A DNA stretch of 64,000 nucleotides from Kiritimatiellia bacterium (lineage in GTDB: Bacteria; Verrucomicrobiota; Kiritimatiellia; UBA8416; JAWODU01), in NCBI GenBank assembly GCA_046483125.1, contig JAWODU010000019.1, forward strand, positions 1,911-65,910, in the 5' to 3' direction. How positions within the stretch are numbered: the stretch's first letter is position 1; every line of letters begins with the position of its first letter. Shown here piece after piece: positions 1-9,949 of this stretch. The notes under the pieces were generated by a model. The model worked only from the letters and a program-made list of their open reading frames with translations, did no database searches and had not been told where the DNA came from. The position numbers were made by a program, and so were the translations under genes.

Positions 1-716
1 GCCATGATATCCGAGCCTTTTGTCACGGCGGATTCCATGTCCTCGACAAGCACCGCCCCGGCGCCCTCGCTGAACAGCGTCCCCGAACGGTCCGCGTCAA
101 AGGGGCGGATTTCGTCACGGGTCATCGTGCGCAGGGAACTGAGCCCGCTCCACGCGAAACGGCTCAGGGCGTCAAAGCCCACGGTAAGAACGGCCTTCGC
201 CTTTCCCGACGCGATCATTTCGGCCGCTGTCGCCAGGGCCGCGGTGCCGGATGCGCACGACAGGGACACGACGGAGCGATGACCCCTGAAACCGAGTTCC
301 GAGGCCATCCGGTCCGCGCAACTCTGAAAATTCAGTCCGTCAAAGCCCTCCGGAATATCGTCTTTTTCGCCGCACGCGTAAGCGAGAAAATCCCCGGCCG
401 CATCAATGCCGCCGAAATTCGTGGCCAGAACCAGCGCGGTATCTTCGCCGGAACCGCGCCCGTTCCGGGCCTCAAGAGCGGCTGTAACCCCGAAAGACTC
501 CGCCCGGCTTAATCCGGAGTTTTTCACCCCGTCCGGGAGCTCGAAACCGGTGACTTCCCCGGCGCGTTTGAATTTATATTCACTTGTATCGAAACAGGTA
601 ATATCCCTGATTCCCGACCGGCCGGAACACAGCGCTTCCCAGAGCTTATCCGCCCCCGCGCCGAAAGGTGAAACCGCGCCCATTCCGGTAACGGCTATTC
701 GGGGTGCCGCTTTCAC
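1..716 (-). CDS. fabF: 3-oxoacyl-ACP synthase II (FabF), 3' partial (runs off window start)
   Basis: Reverse-complement translation from a GTG at 716 gives MKAAPRIAVTGMGAVSPFGAGADKLWEALCSGRSGIRDITCFDTSEYKFKRAGEVTGFE, a classic KAS II N-terminus. The GTG overlaps the fabG stop codon. The gene is absent from the ORF track because no stop codon falls inside the window. Confidence 0.8.
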   Translation of the reverse strand, partial: MKAAPRIAVTGMGAVSPFGAGADKLWEALCSGRSGIRDITCFDTSEYKFKRAGEVTGFELPDGVKNSGLSRAESFGVTAALEARNGRGSGEDTALVLATNFGGIDAAGDFLAYACGEKDDIPEGFDGLNFQSCADRMASELGFRGHRSVVSLSCASGTAALATAAEMIASGKAKAVLTVGFDALSRFAWSGLSSLRTMTRDEIRPFDADRSGTLFSEGAGAVLVEDMESAVTKGSDIM

Positions 717-1456
717 ATGCACATCCCTCCGTCAACGCGCAGTACCTGGCCGGTTATATAGGCGGCGTCATCTGAAACCAGGAACAGGACCGCCGCGGCA
801 ACCTCGCCCGGCAGACCTGCCCTTGCCATGGGCACCGTTTCAAGTTGTTTACATTTTCTGGATTCGGGAAGAGAAGCGGTGAGGTCAGTGTCTATAAACC
901 CGGGCGCCACGGCGTTGACGCGAATTCCGGAACCCGCCAGTTCGCGCGCCGCGGTCCTGGTGAGACCCAGCATGCCCGCCTTGGCGGAGGAATAATTGGC
1001 GCGCATTACATCTCCCGCCAGTGCCGCGTCCGAAGATATGTTCACTATACAGCCGCGGCGGCGGCGCGCCATTTCGCGGGCCGCCGTTTTGGTGCAGTAA
1101 AACGCGCCCGTAAGGTCCGTGTCTATTACCTCCTGCCACTGTTCGCGTTTCATGAACGTCAGCAGGTTGTCGCTCGTGAAACCGGCGTTGTTCACCAGGA
1201 CGTCAACCGGTCCCAGTTCTTCTTCGGTTTCGGCGAACATGGCTTTTACTTCTTCAAACCGGGAGACGTCGGCTTTACACGCAAGGGCCTTTACTCCAGG
1301 TTTACGGGCTTCGTAGACAGTCTCTTTCGCGGCGTCTTCATTGCGCAGGTAGTTGACGGCCACGTCCATGCCCTTTCCGGCCAGGGCAAGCGCGACCGCC
1401 CTGCCGATGCCGCGCGATCCGCCGGTTACCAGAGCCGTTTTACCGCTGAATTCCAT
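713..1456 (-). CDS. fabG: 3-oxoacyl-ACP reductase, SDR family
   Basis: 247 aa with TGGSRGIGRAVA Rossmann motif, NNAG and S...YSSAKAG catalytic tetrad. Sits immediately upstream of fabF on the same strand. Confidence 0.9.
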   Translation of the reverse strand: MEFSGKTALVTGGSRGIGRAVALALAGKGMDVAVNYLRNEDAAKETVYEARKPGVKALACKADVSRFEEVKAMFAETEEELGPVDVLVNNAGFTSDNLLTFMKREQWQEVIDTDLTGAFYCTKTAAREMARRRRGCIVNISSDAALAGDVMRANYSSAKAGMLGLTRTAARELAGSGIRVNAVAPGFIDTDLTASLPESRKCKQLETVPMARAGLPGEVAAAVLFLVSDDAAYITGQVLRVDGGMCM

Positions 1457-1462
1457 GTTTAT

Positions 1463-1975
1463 TCAGTGCCTCCCGGGCGGTTCAGCTCTCCCCGCGCCAC
1501 GCATTTCGTTCGCAAACCGTTTCACATCCTCTTCCGTAATCGTTTCAGACTCCGTTTGCTTCCTGACGTCTTTCAGATCCACTCCCATCTCCGCCGCCAG
1601 CCTCCTTGCCGCGGGGGTAGCCCTGATTCTTTCTCTCAGGCGGGACCGTTGCCGGCGCGGTTTCCTTTCCACGGCCGCGGAACGGTGTTTTTCCATAAGT
1701 TTCCGGTTTGATCCGGAAACATCGGGCAGTTTATCGCCGAGCGGTCCGATCAACGCGACTATGTAGCCGGTCGGAACAACCGATTTTTCGGCCGCGAGAA
1801 CCGAACGGAGCACGCCGGAGCACGGCGCTTCAAGTTCAAAAGCCGCTTTCTCTGTTGTCAGCTCGGCTATGGCGTCGCCCTTGCGGACCTTTTCCCCTTC
1901 CCCGGCCAGCCATGAAGTGACCGTAACTTCGTTAACGTTCGCGCTCAGCTTCGGTATTTTCACCTTCTTTATCAT
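1463..1975 (-). CDS. Lipoyl-attachment domain plus E3-binding (PSBD) domain protein with no acyltransferase catalytic domain
   Basis: 170 aa. N-terminal lipoyl-type domain (AIAELTTEKAAFELEAPCSGVL) followed by a PSBD-like segment (ATPAARRLAAEMGVDLKDV). The start overlaps the 3' end of the upstream giant gene by 44 nt. Confidence 0.65.
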   Translation of the reverse strand: MIKKVKIPKLSANVNEVTVTSWLAGEGEKVRKGDAIAELTTEKAAFELEAPCSGVLRSVLAAEKSVVPTGYIVALIGPLGDKLPDVSGSNRKLMEKHRSAAVERKPRRQRSRLRERIRATPAARRLAAEMGVDLKDVRKQTESETITEEDVKRFANEMRGAGRAEPPGRH

Positions 1976-4900
1976 CTGCTTTCACTTCCGTTGTTTCCGT
2001 TTCTTTCAACACGAAAGGTATTCTGACCGGGACTGAAGTATTACCCGCTTTATCAAGCGCCGTCATGAGCATCCACCCCGAGGAGCCGCTTCCGGCAATA
2101 GGGCCCGCAGGGCTCATTTCCACCGCTTGCGATTCCGTTTCGTACCGTACCTCCGTCCCCGCTATGCCGCTGGCGTCGTACGCGTCGAGTTTCACCTTGT
2201 CGGCCCGGGACCACGGGGCATAAACGGCCATTCCCTGCAGGTGCAGGGGTTCCTTCTTGCGCGTGTTCTTCCTGTAGAAAATCAGGTCATCCACCAGCGG
2301 TTTCTCAAGAAGTTCGGCGGCTTCCTCTTCTTCCTTTTCCGAAAGTATCGAGGATACAAGTTCCCGCGCGTTCAGCGTGACCGTATGCCAGCGGTTCGAT
2401 TCCCATTCCACCGGCTCGGGCAGATAAACTTCGCCGTCTTTCCGTCCCGGGGAAGCCAGCAAGACCGCGCACTTTGTCTTCTTCCCCATTGAAAAGATCA
2501 TCTGTATCCTGGTTTTATCCTCCGGCTTCAGGTCGGGGCGCCTGATTCGAAACGAGAGATAAGGGTACTTGCGAAGATCCCATTTTTCCTTGCCGAAACT
2601 CCGCCATATCTTTGCTTTCTTACCGTGGGCCAGTGTGCAGAGATACGGTTCCCCGTCATCCGACACGACATACGTATCATTCCCCCCGTGGTGTTTGAGA
2701 CCCGTTTCGCCTCGACCGGCGGTCTCCCAGCCGGCATGCCACAGGACGTTGGCGGGATACTCGGCTTCCAGAAGGGTCGGCGGAAGATCATCGCTTTCGT
2801 AATCGACAGTCATGGCGACCCTGTAATCGGGCGAACTGTTTCCGGCCCCGTCCCTGATGTTTGAAACCACGATTTCAAAACTCATGTGATTGGTTGATTC
2901 ATTCAGTGCCTCGCGGAAAATATACGGCCAGTTCAGGTGCAGGACGTCGCTTTCAGGAGAATGCCCGCACGAAGAGCCCAGCTTTTCCGGTTTCACCGGG
3001 CAATCGCCCCAACCCAGGGTCAGGGCGCTGAAGTCAAGGGGTGAGCCGCCGTCATTGGCGAAAGAAACCCTGAGCAGTGACCCGTTGCATTCCCGGGAAT
3101 CCGTGCTGACGATTTCATGCTCTATTTCGAGGGGTTTGCGGTCAAGCAGGAAAGGAAGCTCCGTCACCGCCGATCCGGCGCCGCTGTTGTCTTCCGCGCG
3201 GAGACACAGGCGGTACAGACCGTCATTCAGACCCGAAAGATCCGGAATGGACCCGGATCCGTTTCGCATCGGGCTCCAGTCCGCCGTCTGAATATCCGCG
3301 TTCCCGGGCAGGATCGCAAAGCGTACGTTCTTTACGCCGTCCGGGTCGTAATACTCCGGAGTGAAAGCCAGATCAGGCCCGGCGGACACGGCGGGACCGA
3401 CACTGATATCGTCCACGTTCCATTCCGTAAACCTGCCCGTCTGGTCGACCCTTGCATAGGAACCGAGCCCGAATTTTCCGGATTTGAACAGACCGAAATT
3501 CAGCCGCCCGTTCCCTCTTACCGCGTCGCTTACCATGCCGCGCCACGTATGCCACGAATCGTCCGCTGTGAATTCCGGGGAGTATCTGACCTTTGCTGCC
3601 CCGCGGCGCGTTTCGCTGAGGTGGGCGAAGTGGTGCCGGTCGGCCATGAAAGAAACGTTCACCATGCCCTCGCCGCGGTAACGGAACTGGAACAGGGGGT
3701 GCGTTGAAAAATCGACGCGACTGCGAAAAACGGCCTTCAGGCGCTCCTTCCCGCCGGAGTTGCAGACATTCAGGCTCGTGCCCTGCAGGGGGTCGAAGTG
3801 CTCGAGGGTCATCGTCTTCCGGGAAGATTCAAGCGATTCCGGAAAGGCCCGTGTTTCAAAATTCTCGAACAGGCACCACGGGCCGCTCAATCCGACGAGA
3901 ACGGGCGGCTCGTTAATGCTCCTGTCACGCCAGGAGAGCCGGAATTCACGTTTGCCCCCTCCCCTGTATTCCGCGTCCACGCAAAGGTCGTTGGTTGCCG
4001 TGAATTTTTCACCGCGCGGAAGCGGCAAACGAAGCCTGCCTTTACCGGTCTTCAACGGTTCAACGTCAAGGCCTTCGATCGAATACGCGGCAAAGGCGAA
4101 CCTGCGGTCCGGGTAGGGAAAACTCGAGACCAGGTCCACGGCCCCCGGCTTGTCGGCGGACCACGAACAGGCAACTTCCGGCTCCGCCGGCGGAACAATC
4201 CATTCCAGCGGAATGGAAAGGGACCCGCTGGAACCGCGTATTGTCAGTTCAGCTTCCAGGAGGCCCGTACCGTCCGTTGCGTTTATCCACGCCTGCAGTG
4301 GAGCCGGAACGGGAGCGGACACGACGGCGTCCCCGGCGTCTCCGCTTTTAATACTCAGCGAGTCCGGCCGGGCCGCATCGCCTGAAAATGACAGAAGAGG
4401 CCTGCCGTACCCGATTCGCCTGAAACCGGCCACGGCGTATGCCTCGCCAGGACCGTTTCCCTCGACCCCCTGCAGAACACGGCTGGGCTGAAGGTTGCCG
4501 AAACCCTCTACCCTCACCAGGAGACCCGTATTGCCGGCGGATTCCCGGAGATCAAAAGACGGCAGTATTACGCGGACCGTCCGCCAGTCATCACTTTTAA
4601 ACCATTTTTCAGACGGTTCGCCTGCCGCTGTGATTTCCGTCCAACCGTGCTCCCGCCTTCGCCCCCTGCCGAAATCCGTTCCGCTTATCCGGTGAAAATA
4701 ACGCCTCGATTCCCTGTACTCCCCCTTATCGTCCCGCGTGCCCAGCGAATAATGAAAGTTGAATTTCGCCCCGGAGGTCCTCTTTATATCAAACTCCCAG
4801 CCGGCTGTCCGTGCGTAGGGGGTCGGCTCGGCCCGGCACCGGGTCAGCATCCTTCCGCTTCCCAGCACGTTCCTGAATTCGAAAAAAGGCCCGCGAGCGC

Positions 4901-7895
4901 CTTCATGCCACAGCAGGCGGCCGCGGCCCACCGGATCATGCGCTTCCCACAGCTCAGCCGTATTCATGTTGACCCTGCTCCCATTGTTCAGAAGCGAAAA
5001 GTACTCCGCCTTCCGTGCGCTGGCCGGAGGTTCGGGTGCCGGGACGATCCCGGGCTCCGCCTTGAAGAACTCCGGTTCCCGGCGCCTGATTTCCTCCGCG
5101 GCCATCTTGATTCTCGCCACGACCATGGAGTTCATGAACGTCCAGATACCGACGGAGCCGCTTTCGAGGGGATCGGGATCGACGACTTCAAAGACCTTCT
5201 GATTGTCGAAAAAATACTCCAGCTTGCCGTTGATTCGCCGTATTTTGATATAGTACCAGGCGCCGTGCATATCGCGCCCGCCCTTGATCCACGGTGTATA
5301 GCCGCGGCGCTTCCGCCCTTCCCTGTCGCGCGGAATGAGGTACCTGTCCGAACGGGCCATGGTTTCCCCGTTTCTGTAAAGAGTGGTGTAAAGCTCTGAA
5401 TGATCGGGGTCCCACTCCGTGCACGTTACCGTGTAGCCGCGGCTGGGCGTCGTTTTGTCGTTCATAACCGTAACGTTCAAATCACCCGACCGTCCGTACC
5501 AGCCGTGTCTTATGCCTGCGTACATTTCCACGCAGAAATCGCCGCCGAACCTGTACTTGCTCCATATGGCGGCCAGGTTGTCGTCCGACTGGCCGTTCAT
5601 GTGCGACCACCGCGGCTGGCATTGAAACCTGTTTACCACTTCCCACCTGCCCCCGTTTACCGTCCACTCGTGGAGGGATTCCTCGAAGAGCACGTCTTTC
5701 ACGTTGTAACGCCGCACCCGGGTCAGGCTCAAATCTTCGACTTCAAAACCTTCGAGCCGTATTCTGGTGCCCTGCATGGGCCTTTCCAGGGGACTCTTCA
5801 GCAGGATGTCTTCGCCGCTGGTAAGCCAGATCCACAGCCCTTCATAGTGAATTGTAAACAGCTTCCGGCTTTCGGTTTCCTCGTCTTCATCTTCTTCGTC
5901 TCCCACCTCGAATTCCTTCAGCAGGTCCGTTTCGACAGCGGCGAGGACCTCCGGTTCTTTGCCGTCCCGGGCCGGTTCAAGGAGACTTATCTCATTTGTA
6001 CCTGCCGCCACGGCCAGAAAACCGTTGGTGCGGCCTTCTTCAACACCGAGGTGTATTTCCGTGCCCGGCGCGTAAGGCATGCGGAGGCTGAACCTGCCGA
6101 AAAAATCGCTTTTGTGCCAGACTAGCGAATTTGTCGTCTCCAGCCACTGTCCTTCCGGAGAGGCCCAGTGGCGCATAAAGGGGTCCTCTATGAACTTCGT
6201 GTTGCCGACAGCCTGGTTGTGATGTACGCCTTCACGCTCGAAAACGTACTCGGGATCGCTGATCTTCACGCTGGTATCCGGTCCCACGTACAGTCCCGAG
6301 GCCCCGCGGGTTTCGCGGCCGGGATGATGTATCAGCACCATCTGCCCGTTCGCGTAAAGGCGCATTTCGCCTTCCCCGGCGGTGTCGCACATCATCTTCA
6401 GTCCTTTCGCTTGCCGGTCTTCCCGGAAGGGCAGGCGAAGCTGTTCCAGGACCTTCGCCGAATCGCCCTTAACGTCTTCAAGCACGTATATTTCGGACCC
6501 GGAAGAACGCCGGCAGGTAAAACGGTAATAAGGGTCTTCTTCGCTTTTGTAACCGGACAGCAGTCCAACCTCAAAGGTTTCTCTTTCCGGAACAAACGAC
6601 GCCGAAAATACGTGGCCTCCGTGCAGACTGGAACCCAGGACAAGCCACTGCCCTTCGTCCGAAACGTACGGCTCCAGCTCGTTGCCTATTCTGCGCGGAG
6701 GAAAAATATGGAAGAAGCGGCGCCTGGGAAAGAAGCGGCCGTGTTCCTCAAGTGTACAGCGGCGCAGTTCGCTTACTCCCTTGAAATCCAGGTCATGGTT
6801 CGTCCGCGCCGAAACGTCGTCAAACCTCACCCCCTCGCCGCCGTCGGCGTAAAGGCCGAACCTGCCGCCGACCGGCAACTCCGTCGTAACGTCTATTGCC
6901 TTTACCCCGTCAACCCGGCATTCCATTCTGTTCTGGAAAGATTTGACTCCGAGTCTTATCCACTGTCCCCTCGTCAACGGCGCCCGCACGGCCCCCAGGA
7001 CCTGATTCTTCCCGCGCCCGACCCTGCGCAGTCTGAACAGGCCGGTAGGGGAACCTTCGTCCAGGGTGACGGTGAAAACGTAATAACGCTCCGCATCCAC
7101 GAAGTGACTGACTACTCCCATTTCTCCTTCGGTTGTTTCGAGGCTGACCTCCACGACGTAAGAATCGTAAAAGCTTCTCCCGGAAGTCATGACCGCGTTT
7201 GTCCCCGAGCCTTTCACGCTGTAGAAATTGGGACTGAAAGCCGGTTCGGGAGCGCGTTTCTTGTCGGGCTTTATGTCTCCCCATTCAACCGCGCTGTCGG
7301 CGGCAGTGTGCAGGACCCACTTTCCCGATTCGATCTTCCAGCGCGGCAGGTCCGTCTCCGCTTCTTCGGGTCTCAGAAAATCGTCTTCAAACGTGAAATC
7401 GTCGACGTTCTGAAAATAAGCTTCGCGTTCATCGGAAGGAAGCGTTTCACTTTCCGGGGCCGAGACGGTTACCGGCGGCACAAACGGGGCGGGAAACAGC
7501 GCCACGGGAGAACCTTCAACGTAAACCGCCCAGGTCTCGGGCCGGAACTTGAGGACAGCCGCCGCGTTCTCGACTTCCCCGTCCGGAAGCGCCGGGAGAT
7601 CGAACTGACTGCCGGAAAGTACCGAGAGAGGAAAATCCTCCTCGGGTTCAAGCGTCAATTCGCCGTCTTCAGGCGTAAGCGACAGTTTTACGCAGGAACG
7701 GGAGCCGACAGGCACCATTTTGAGATGGAGGCCGCGCGCCGGGGACCATCTGAATTGGAACTCAAGGTTGCCGGACCTGTGTTCCGTGGTAAGGCTTTTC
7801 TTTTCGATCCGGTATACCTCTGTATACTTCACCTCGCCCGCCGCCGCCCCTGCAAGCACAAACCAGGCAATTACGATATACCTCAAGTTTTTCAT
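1932..7895 (-). CDS. Giant secreted protein (about 1990 aa) with repeated LamG/DUF1080-like jelly-roll modules
   Basis: The ORF track extends to a GTG at 7970. The likely true start is the ATG at 7895 (MKNLRYIVIAWFVLAGAAAG signal peptide). Several modules resemble DUF1080 (concanavalin-like) domains. A long antisense shadow ORF lies on the plus strand. Confidence 0.7.
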   Translation of the reverse strand: MKNLRYIVIAWFVLAGAAAGEVKYTEVYRIEKKSLTTEHRSGNLEFQFRWSPARGLHLKMVPVGSRSCVKLSLTPEDGELTLEPEEDFPLSVLSGSQFDLPALPDGEVENAAAVLKFRPETWAVYVEGSPVALFPAPFVPPVTVSAPESETLPSDEREAYFQNVDDFTFEDDFLRPEEAETDLPRWKIESGKWVLHTAADSAVEWGDIKPDKKRAPEPAFSPNFYSVKGSGTNAVMTSGRSFYDSYVVEVSLETTEGEMGVVSHFVDAERYYVFTVTLDEGSPTGLFRLRRVGRGKNQVLGAVRAPLTRGQWIRLGVKSFQNRMECRVDGVKAIDVTTELPVGGRFGLYADGGEGVRFDDVSARTNHDLDFKGVSELRRCTLEEHGRFFPRRRFFHIFPPRRIGNELEPYVSDEGQWLVLGSSLHGGHVFSASFVPERETFEVGLLSGYKSEEDPYYRFTCRRSSGSEIYVLEDVKGDSAKVLEQLRLPFREDRQAKGLKMMCDTAGEGEMRLYANGQMVLIHHPGRETRGASGLYVGPDTSVKISDPEYVFEREGVHHNQAVGNTKFIEDPFMRHWASPEGQWLETTNSLVWHKSDFFGRFSLRMPYAPGTEIHLGVEEGRTNGFLAVAAGTNEISLLEPARDGKEPEVLAAVETDLLKEFEVGDEEDEDEETESRKLFTIHYEGLWIWLTSGEDILLKSPLERPMQGTRIRLEGFEVEDLSLTRVRRYNVKDVLFEESLHEWTVNGGRWEVVNRFQCQPRWSHMNGQSDDNLAAIWSKYRFGGDFCVEMYAGIRHGWYGRSGDLNVTVMNDKTTPSRGYTVTCTEWDPDHSELYTTLYRNGETMARSDRYLIPRDREGRKRRGYTPWIKGGRDMHGAWYYIKIRRINGKLEYFFDNQKVFEVVDPDPLESGSVGIWTFMNSMVVARIKMAAEEIRRREPEFFKAEPGIVPAPEPPASARKAEYFSLLNNGSRVNMNTAELWEAHDPVGRGRLLWHEGARGPFFEFRNVLGSGRMLTRCRAEPTPYARTAGWEFDIKRTSGAKFNFHYSLGTRDDKGEYRESRRYFHRISGTDFGRGRRREHGWTEITAAGEPSEKWFKSDDWRTVRVILPSFDLRESAGNTGLLVRVEGFGNLQPSRVLQGVEGNGPGEAYAVAGFRRIGYGRPLLSFSGDAARPDSLSIKSGDAGDAVVSAPVPAPLQAWINATDGTGLLEAELTIRGSSGSLSIPLEWIVPPAEPEVACSWSADKPGAVDLVSSFPYPDRRFAFAAYSIEGLDVEPLKTGKGRLRLPLPRGEKFTATNDLCVDAEYRGGGKREFRLSWRDRSINEPPVLVGLSGPWCLFENFETRAFPESLESSRKTMTLEHFDPLQGTSLNVCNSGGKERLKAVFRSRVDFSTHPLFQFRYRGEGMVNVSFMADRHHFAHLSETRRGAAKVRYSPEFTADDSWHTWRGMVSDAVRGNGRLNFGLFKSGKFGLGSYARVDQTGRFTEWNVDDISVGPAVSAGPDLAFTPEYYDPDGVKNVRFAILPGNADIQTADWSPMRNGSGSIPDLSGLNDGLYRLCLRAEDNSGAGSAVTELPFLLDRKPLEIEHEIVSTDSRECNGSLLRVSFANDGGSPLDFSALTLGWGDCPVKPEKLGSSCGHSPESDVLHLNWPYIFREALNESTNHMSFEIVVSNIRDGAGNSSPDYRVAMTVDYESDDLPPTLLEAEYPANVLWHAGWETAGRGETGLKHHGGNDTYVVSDDGEPYLCTLAHGKKAKIWRSFGKEKWDLRKYPYLSFRIRRPDLKPEDKTRIQMIFSMGKKTKCAVLLASPGRKDGEVYLPEPVEWESNRWHTVTLNARELVSSILSEKEEEEAAELLEKPLVDDLIFYRKNTRKKEPLHLQGMAVYAPWSRADKVKLDAYDASGIAGTEVRYETESQAVEMSPAGPIAGSGSSGWMLMTALDKAGNTSVPVRIPFVLKETETTEVKADDKEGENTEAERER

Positions 7896-7924
7896 TCTAC
7901 TGTTACCCCTGCACTTACCCCGTC

Positions 7925-8006
7925 GTAGCTCTCTGGGCTCTTTGTGTACCCTTTCCCCCGCGTCATGCACTAAAAATCCTGTTGATCCCGCTGATCCTGC
8001 CTGAAA
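7925..8006. repeat. Partial copy of the GC-rich intergenic repeat family plus three 9-bp tandem repeats (ATCCTGTTGATCCCGCTGATCCTGCCTGAAA at 7976-8006)
   Basis: ctctgggctctttgtgtaccctttcccccgcgtc matches the element at 13921-13960. The tandem TGATCCTGT-like units are shared with 15651-15676 and 54031-54052. Confidence 0.6.
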
Positions 8007-8077
8007 GCTTCTCTTCTTCCCGTCCTTCCCGCGCTTCCTGTAAATCTCCCTCCCTTTTGTGCCTTTTTGCGGCCATT

Positions 8078-9949
8078 CTACTCCCCAACATACATCAATT
8101 CAGGGCTCAATTCCCAGTTCGCGTCAAAAAACCCCGCGCAAAGCGCCGTATTGGACCCGTCTTCATCCCTTTCGTCCGAATACACCATGTAATCGGGAAG
8201 AAAATCGTACTTGTGATTGTTCGAAAGGCCCGCCCCCCACTGCAGTCCCGACTGCACAACAACGAGCATTGACCTGTTCCACGGACTCGGCCGTGTCAGC
8301 CACAGTCCGTTTCCCCGCCTGGCAAACCGGCGTTTCCCGACCACGTAATTGTCCTGCGTGATCCTTACGGGTGACCCTTCAAGCGCCTTCTGCATCAAAA
8401 CACTATCCTCAGGCTCTCCGAATACAAAAACGTTGTAATCGACGAGCTCCTTTTTCGTAATGCTTCCTTCCGAAGCCACGCGCGGGAGGGCGTCCGCGTA
8501 CCAGTACCAGTCCGCCACGCTGCCTATGAATCTCCGGCGGCTGTCCGGTGAGTCCGCCGAGGCCCGGACAAAAACAAACGGAGACAGAAACGCCTCGTTC
8601 ACCGGTCCCCTGGCCTTCCGCGGCCCGTACCTGCCGCTTTCTCCCAGCCGGTACCTGATGTTGAAACGGCCGGCCGCGTTGACGGGCACATTACGGAGCC
8701 GTTCCGGCATCAGGTCCGGATATATTGCAAGCGTATCGGCGCCTTCCACCGAAGCGGCGATTGCGTTCCCTCCGGCTTCAAGCGTAAGGACGGCCGCTTT
8801 TCTTCTCCTGCGAAAGTCCGACATGCGCGCCCACCGGTATCCCCTGTACCTGGGATGATATGAAATATACCTGAAGCGCGCGGGGTCCGGCCTGCGCCTT
8901 TTCTTCATCCAGTCCCTGAGCCCGCGCATGGCAAATGCCTTTTCGTATATCCAGTGGTCTCCTTCCTCGATTTCAACGTATTCGACACTGGAGTTGATTT
9001 GCTCCAGCGCCTTTATGAAATGCCTGGCTTCTTCAACCGGTATCAATGAATCCGCGGTTCCATGAACGCAGAAGGCGGGCAGGTTCGAAAGGTTCGGCAG
9101 AAGCGAGTAACCGAAGTGCGTGTCCACGAACATCCGTTTGTAAAACGGCACTTCGTCGCGCTCCACTCCGTGCCAGAAATAGTAATCTCCGCGACCCGCC
9201 ACAACCGCCAGCCCCGCGAACATGTCCGGATAATGAGCGCCCACCGTCCATACGCCCATGCCCCCCATGGAAATACCCGCCAGTACAATGCGATCTTCGT
9301 CTATATTGTATCTTCTAGTCATCTCGGCCATAACATTCAAGACGTCCTGTTCGCCTATTCCCTGGAAATCGGTGTTTCCCCGGCCGTATGGAACAGCGAC
9401 GCAGAAACCTTCCGTCTCCGCGAATTCGATAAGGGAAGAGGGTATATACTCCCAGTTGATGATGTTGAGGTCCGGAGAATAGCCGTGCAGGTAGACTACC
9501 ATCGGGTATCCGTCGGCAGGGGCGCCTCGAGACGGTAAAAATCGCACGAACGGCTGAAAAGAACCGTCGTTTTCCGCGAGATATCCCTCCTCTCGCAAAC
9601 CCGCAACAAGCGGGGGCGCCTCGCCCTGTCTCACGGCCCGGGCCGATGCTTCCGCTTTTCGTTTTTCCCGGGCTATTACCGTCGCGGCGTTGGTCGGCCC
9701 GTAAACCCGCTGGGCGTACGCCGCCTTGCGCAGGTAAAGGTGCATGTTCTGCCATTCGAACCGCAGTACGGGGTCATCCGGCTCGGACGGGATGCCGCCG
9801 GAACCCGCCGCTTCAGGCTGGTCCTCCAGAGACGGGTTCGGCTTTTGGGGACCTGTCGTCCGGCAGGACAGCGCGAGAAAAAAAAAGAGCGCCGACATCC
9901 GCGTAATCGAGATAAGAAAGCCGGATTTCCTGTTGCGAAGTGATCTCAT
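8078..9949 (-). CDS. Alpha/beta-hydrolase (esterase/S9-like) lipoprotein
   Basis: 623 aa. Signal peptide with a LALSC lipobox and a GISMGG nucleophile-elbow motif inside an alpha/beta-hydrolase core. The start overlaps the purL stop codon (ATGA). Confidence 0.7.
   Translation of the reverse strand: MRSLRNRKSGFLISITRMSALFFFLALSCRTTGPQKPNPSLEDQPEAAGSGGIPSEPDDPVLRFEWQNMHLYLRKAAYAQRVYGPTNAATVIAREKRKAEASARAVRQGEAPPLVAGLREEGYLAENDGSFQPFVRFLPSRGAPADGYPMVVYLHGYSPDLNIINWEYIPSSLIEFAETEGFCVAVPYGRGNTDFQGIGEQDVLNVMAEMTRRYNIDEDRIVLAGISMGGMGVWTVGAHYPDMFAGLAVVAGRGDYYFWHGVERDEVPFYKRMFVDTHFGYSLLPNLSNLPAFCVHGTADSLIPVEEARHFIKALEQINSSVEYVEIEEGDHWIYEKAFAMRGLRDWMKKRRRPDPARFRYISYHPRYRGYRWARMSDFRRRRKAAVLTLEAGGNAIAASVEGADTLAIYPDLMPERLRNVPVNAAGRFNIRYRLGESGRYGPRKARGPVNEAFLSPFVFVRASADSPDSRRRFIGSVADWYWYADALPRVASEGSITKKELVDYNVFVFGEPEDSVLMQKALEGSPVRITQDNYVVGKRRFARRGNGLWLTRPSPWNRSMLVVVQSGLQWGAGLSNNHKYDFLPDYMVYSDERDEDGSNTALCAGFFDANWELSPELMYVGE

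Noticed and set aside
845-1711. 288-aa plus-strand ORF
   Set aside because: It is antisense to fabG and the lipoyl-domain gene. It is a high-GC shadow ORF with an Arg/Gly/Pro-rich, low-complexity translation.
6168-7928. 586-aa plus-strand ORF
   Set aside because: It is antisense to the 2012-aa secreted-protein gene, which has the far longer and more protein-like ORF.
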